Position numbers and translations under genes: made by a program. 36,119 nt of DNA from a virus (taxonomy: Duplodnaviria > Caudoviricetes), in IMG/VR virus record IMGVR_UViG_3300012931_000052, positions 1-36,119 of that record. One strand, 5' to 3'. Positions 34,364 through 36,119 of the stretch are shown here, in pieces. The notes beneath the pieces were generated by a model. It was not told the DNA's origin and did not search any database. It saw only the letters and a program-made list of their open reading frames with translations. Numbering within the stretch: the stretch's first letter is position 1; the number at the start of each line of letters is the position of its first letter.

Positions 34364-36119
34364 TGGTAGACGATTCATCATATGCTAGGTCAGTATCCAT
34401 TCTGATTAATTTAGCAGGTAGCCCAGAAGAACGCCTAGACTCTATCAACCAGAAACTTAACCAGATGTCTGGCAAAAAGGTATCAGTTGGCTCAGATAAT
34501 TCCATCCAGCAACTATCAGGAAAAGCTAAGGAAGCCAGTAATTCTGTTAATGGCATATCTGGTGCCGGTAAACAAGTCGAATCGTCCCTTACCTCTTCTT
34601 TTAGCAAGATAAAATCTTCACTTGATGATGTCCATGGCGGCGTTCAGAATTTAATGAGCAGCCTGGCCGGACTAGCCGTGGGTGGATCGATATCTGGATT
34701 TTCTTACCTAAATGCCGCACAAAGCAAAATTGCAACAGAACAAATCTATAAGGCAATAGAGGCTAACAAAAAATGGAAAATTAGTCAAGAAGAAGTCCAA
34801 GATCTAGCAAAAGAAGCTCAGAAAACTGGCTATATTGGCTCAGAACGTGAGATGCTAGAAAATATTCAAGCAGCAGGCGTTCGAACTGGTTTAACTGGAC
34901 AAAAACTCCTTACCATGGCAGATGCTGCTGCCAAATTGTCCTTCTCCACACAAGAAGCTTATCATAAGTCTAGTTCCGAAATAATCAGGATGGCTTCTCT
35001 TGATAAACTAAGACAGAATGATCTTGCCGACTTAGCGGGTATGCTAACAGTGGCTGGTGTTGAATTGAAGGGCGGTAAAGATGACTCCAGACTTAAGGAT
35101 AAAAAGAGCCGCCAGAAACTTATCATGCAAGCAGCCAGCACCCTTAATATGGAAGAAGAGGTTAATATAAGACCTTGGACTCAAGCCGAAAATGCTGTCG
35201 ATGATCTAAGTAAAGCAATTGGAACTAGTTTGGTTCCTGTCATGGTGCCACTTATCAAGGGATTTACAGATTTTATTAAGTTGCTTTCTGCTATACCCGG
35301 TGTTCCGACTATAATTGGATTAGCAGCTGCTGGACTCACTCTAATTTCTACAATAAGTTTACTCAATGGTGTGCTTGGCCCTGGAATCACTCTCCTAAAA
35401 GGAATGGTCGCATGGACACAAGAATCCACAATAGCCGAGTGGTTCAATGTCGGATCCAAACAAGCCAAAACAGTTGCTACTGTAGAATCGGCTACAGCAA
35501 GTGCTTTACTCTCTGGAGCAATGGGCGTAGAAGCAGAAATGCTTGCACTAGATACCGCAGCAGCAGAAACTGCAACTGTAGCAAATCGTGGCCTGGCAAT
35601 ATCAGAAGGTCTTGTTCTATCACCCCTTCTAATTGCAGCCGGAGTTTTCATTATAATTGGAGGCTTACTCTACCTTCTGGAATCCCGCACGGGAGTCTTT
35701 AGTAAGGCCCTAAAACAACTCAGTGAAACCGAGATGGGTCAAGACCTAATCCAATGGTTCAAGGATGTCGGCTACTGGATCGATGAAGGCGCTAAAAGTC
35801 TAGGTGGTTTCTTAGGCGATAGCATAACTCAAGTTAACGAATTATATAAAGGCATGAAATCCGGTACTGGAACCAATATTAGTAATACTCTAACACTTGG
35901 TCTCGGTGTCATTTTAGGTCCATTTGGCTTACTTGTACCTATTTTACGAAATTCAATGCCTATCATTCAGTCAGAGACCAAGATCATAAGTGATGCCATA
36001 ACTTATATCAAGAACCTCTTAGATGACGGCTGGAAAACCATATCTGGAATCTATCAAACCATTGTATCACTTCCCCAAAAAATAGGTGAAAAATTTACTA
36101 CAGCAATAACAAGTCTTGT
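34363..36119 (+). CDS. Tape measure protein (3' truncated by the window edge)
   Basis: ATG at 34363 (MVDDSSYARSVSILINLAG...), apparently open to the window end; Ala/Gly/Leu-rich helical with hydrophobic stretches; canonical position. Confidence 0.85.
   Translation, partial: MVDDSSYARSVSILINLAGSPEERLDSINQKLNQMSGKKVSVGSDNSIQQLSGKAKEASNSVNGISGAGKQVESSLTSSFSKIKSSLDDVHGGVQNLMSSLAGLAVGGSISGFSYLNAAQSKIATEQIYKAIEANKKWKISQEEVQDLAKEAQKTGYIGSEREMLENIQAAGVRTGLTGQKLLTMADAAAKLSFSTQEAYHKSSSEIIRMASLDKLRQNDLADLAGMLTVAGVELKGGKDDSRLKDKKSRQKLIMQAASTLNMEEEVNIRPWTQAENAVDDLSKAIGTSLVPVMVPLIKGFTDFIKLLSAIPGVPTIIGLAAAGLTLISTISLLNGVLGPGITLLKGMVAWTQESTIAEWFNVGSKQAKTVATVESATASALLSGAMGVEAEMLALDTAAAETATVANRGLAISEGLVLSPLLIAAGVFIIIGGLLYLLESRTGVFSKALKQLSETEMGQDLIQWFKDVGYWIDEGAKSLGGFLGDSITQVNELYKGMKSGTGTNISNTLTLGLGVILGPFGLLVPILRNSMPIIQSETKIISDAITYIKNLLDDGWKTISGIYQTIVSLPQKIGEKFTTAITSL

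Noticed and set aside
34224-35702. ORF-track entries 34224..34607, 35181..35651 and 35412..35702
   Set aside because: Shadow frames of the tape measure gene, which the track missed because it runs off the window.

Overview
A 36-kb stretch of a tailed dsDNA virus or provirus (Caudoviricetes, contractile myovirus-type tail). The host is most likely an archaeon: BRE/TATA promoters, GGTGA/GAGGTGA ribosome-binding sites and T-tract terminators point that way, and a methanogen of the Methanomicrobia type is an inference. The + strand carries the virion module: decoration protein, HK97-fold major capsid protein, head fibres, neck proteins, tail fibres, baseplate, sheath, tube, a frameshifted assembly chaperone and a truncated tape measure gene. 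Interleaved accessory elements are: (1) a metacaspase between holin-like and XhlA-like membrane genes, where an endolysin normally sits; (2) a phiEco32-type peptide-ligase cluster of two COOH-NH2 ligase paralogs and a class II glutamine amidotransferase, with a convergent SLOG plus ATP-grasp unit; (3) two VIP2-like ADP-ribosyltransferases sharing a near-identical ~29-aa N-terminal tag; (4) a free-standing NUMOD3/PD-(D/E)XK endonuclease; (5) antisense single-gene cassettes sharing a 46-nt promoter/RBS unit; and (6) a 36-nt motif, GTAAAA-N7-TTTTAC plus conserved flanks, found three times where structural operons restart. All calls come from motif recognition and gene order. No database searches were run.
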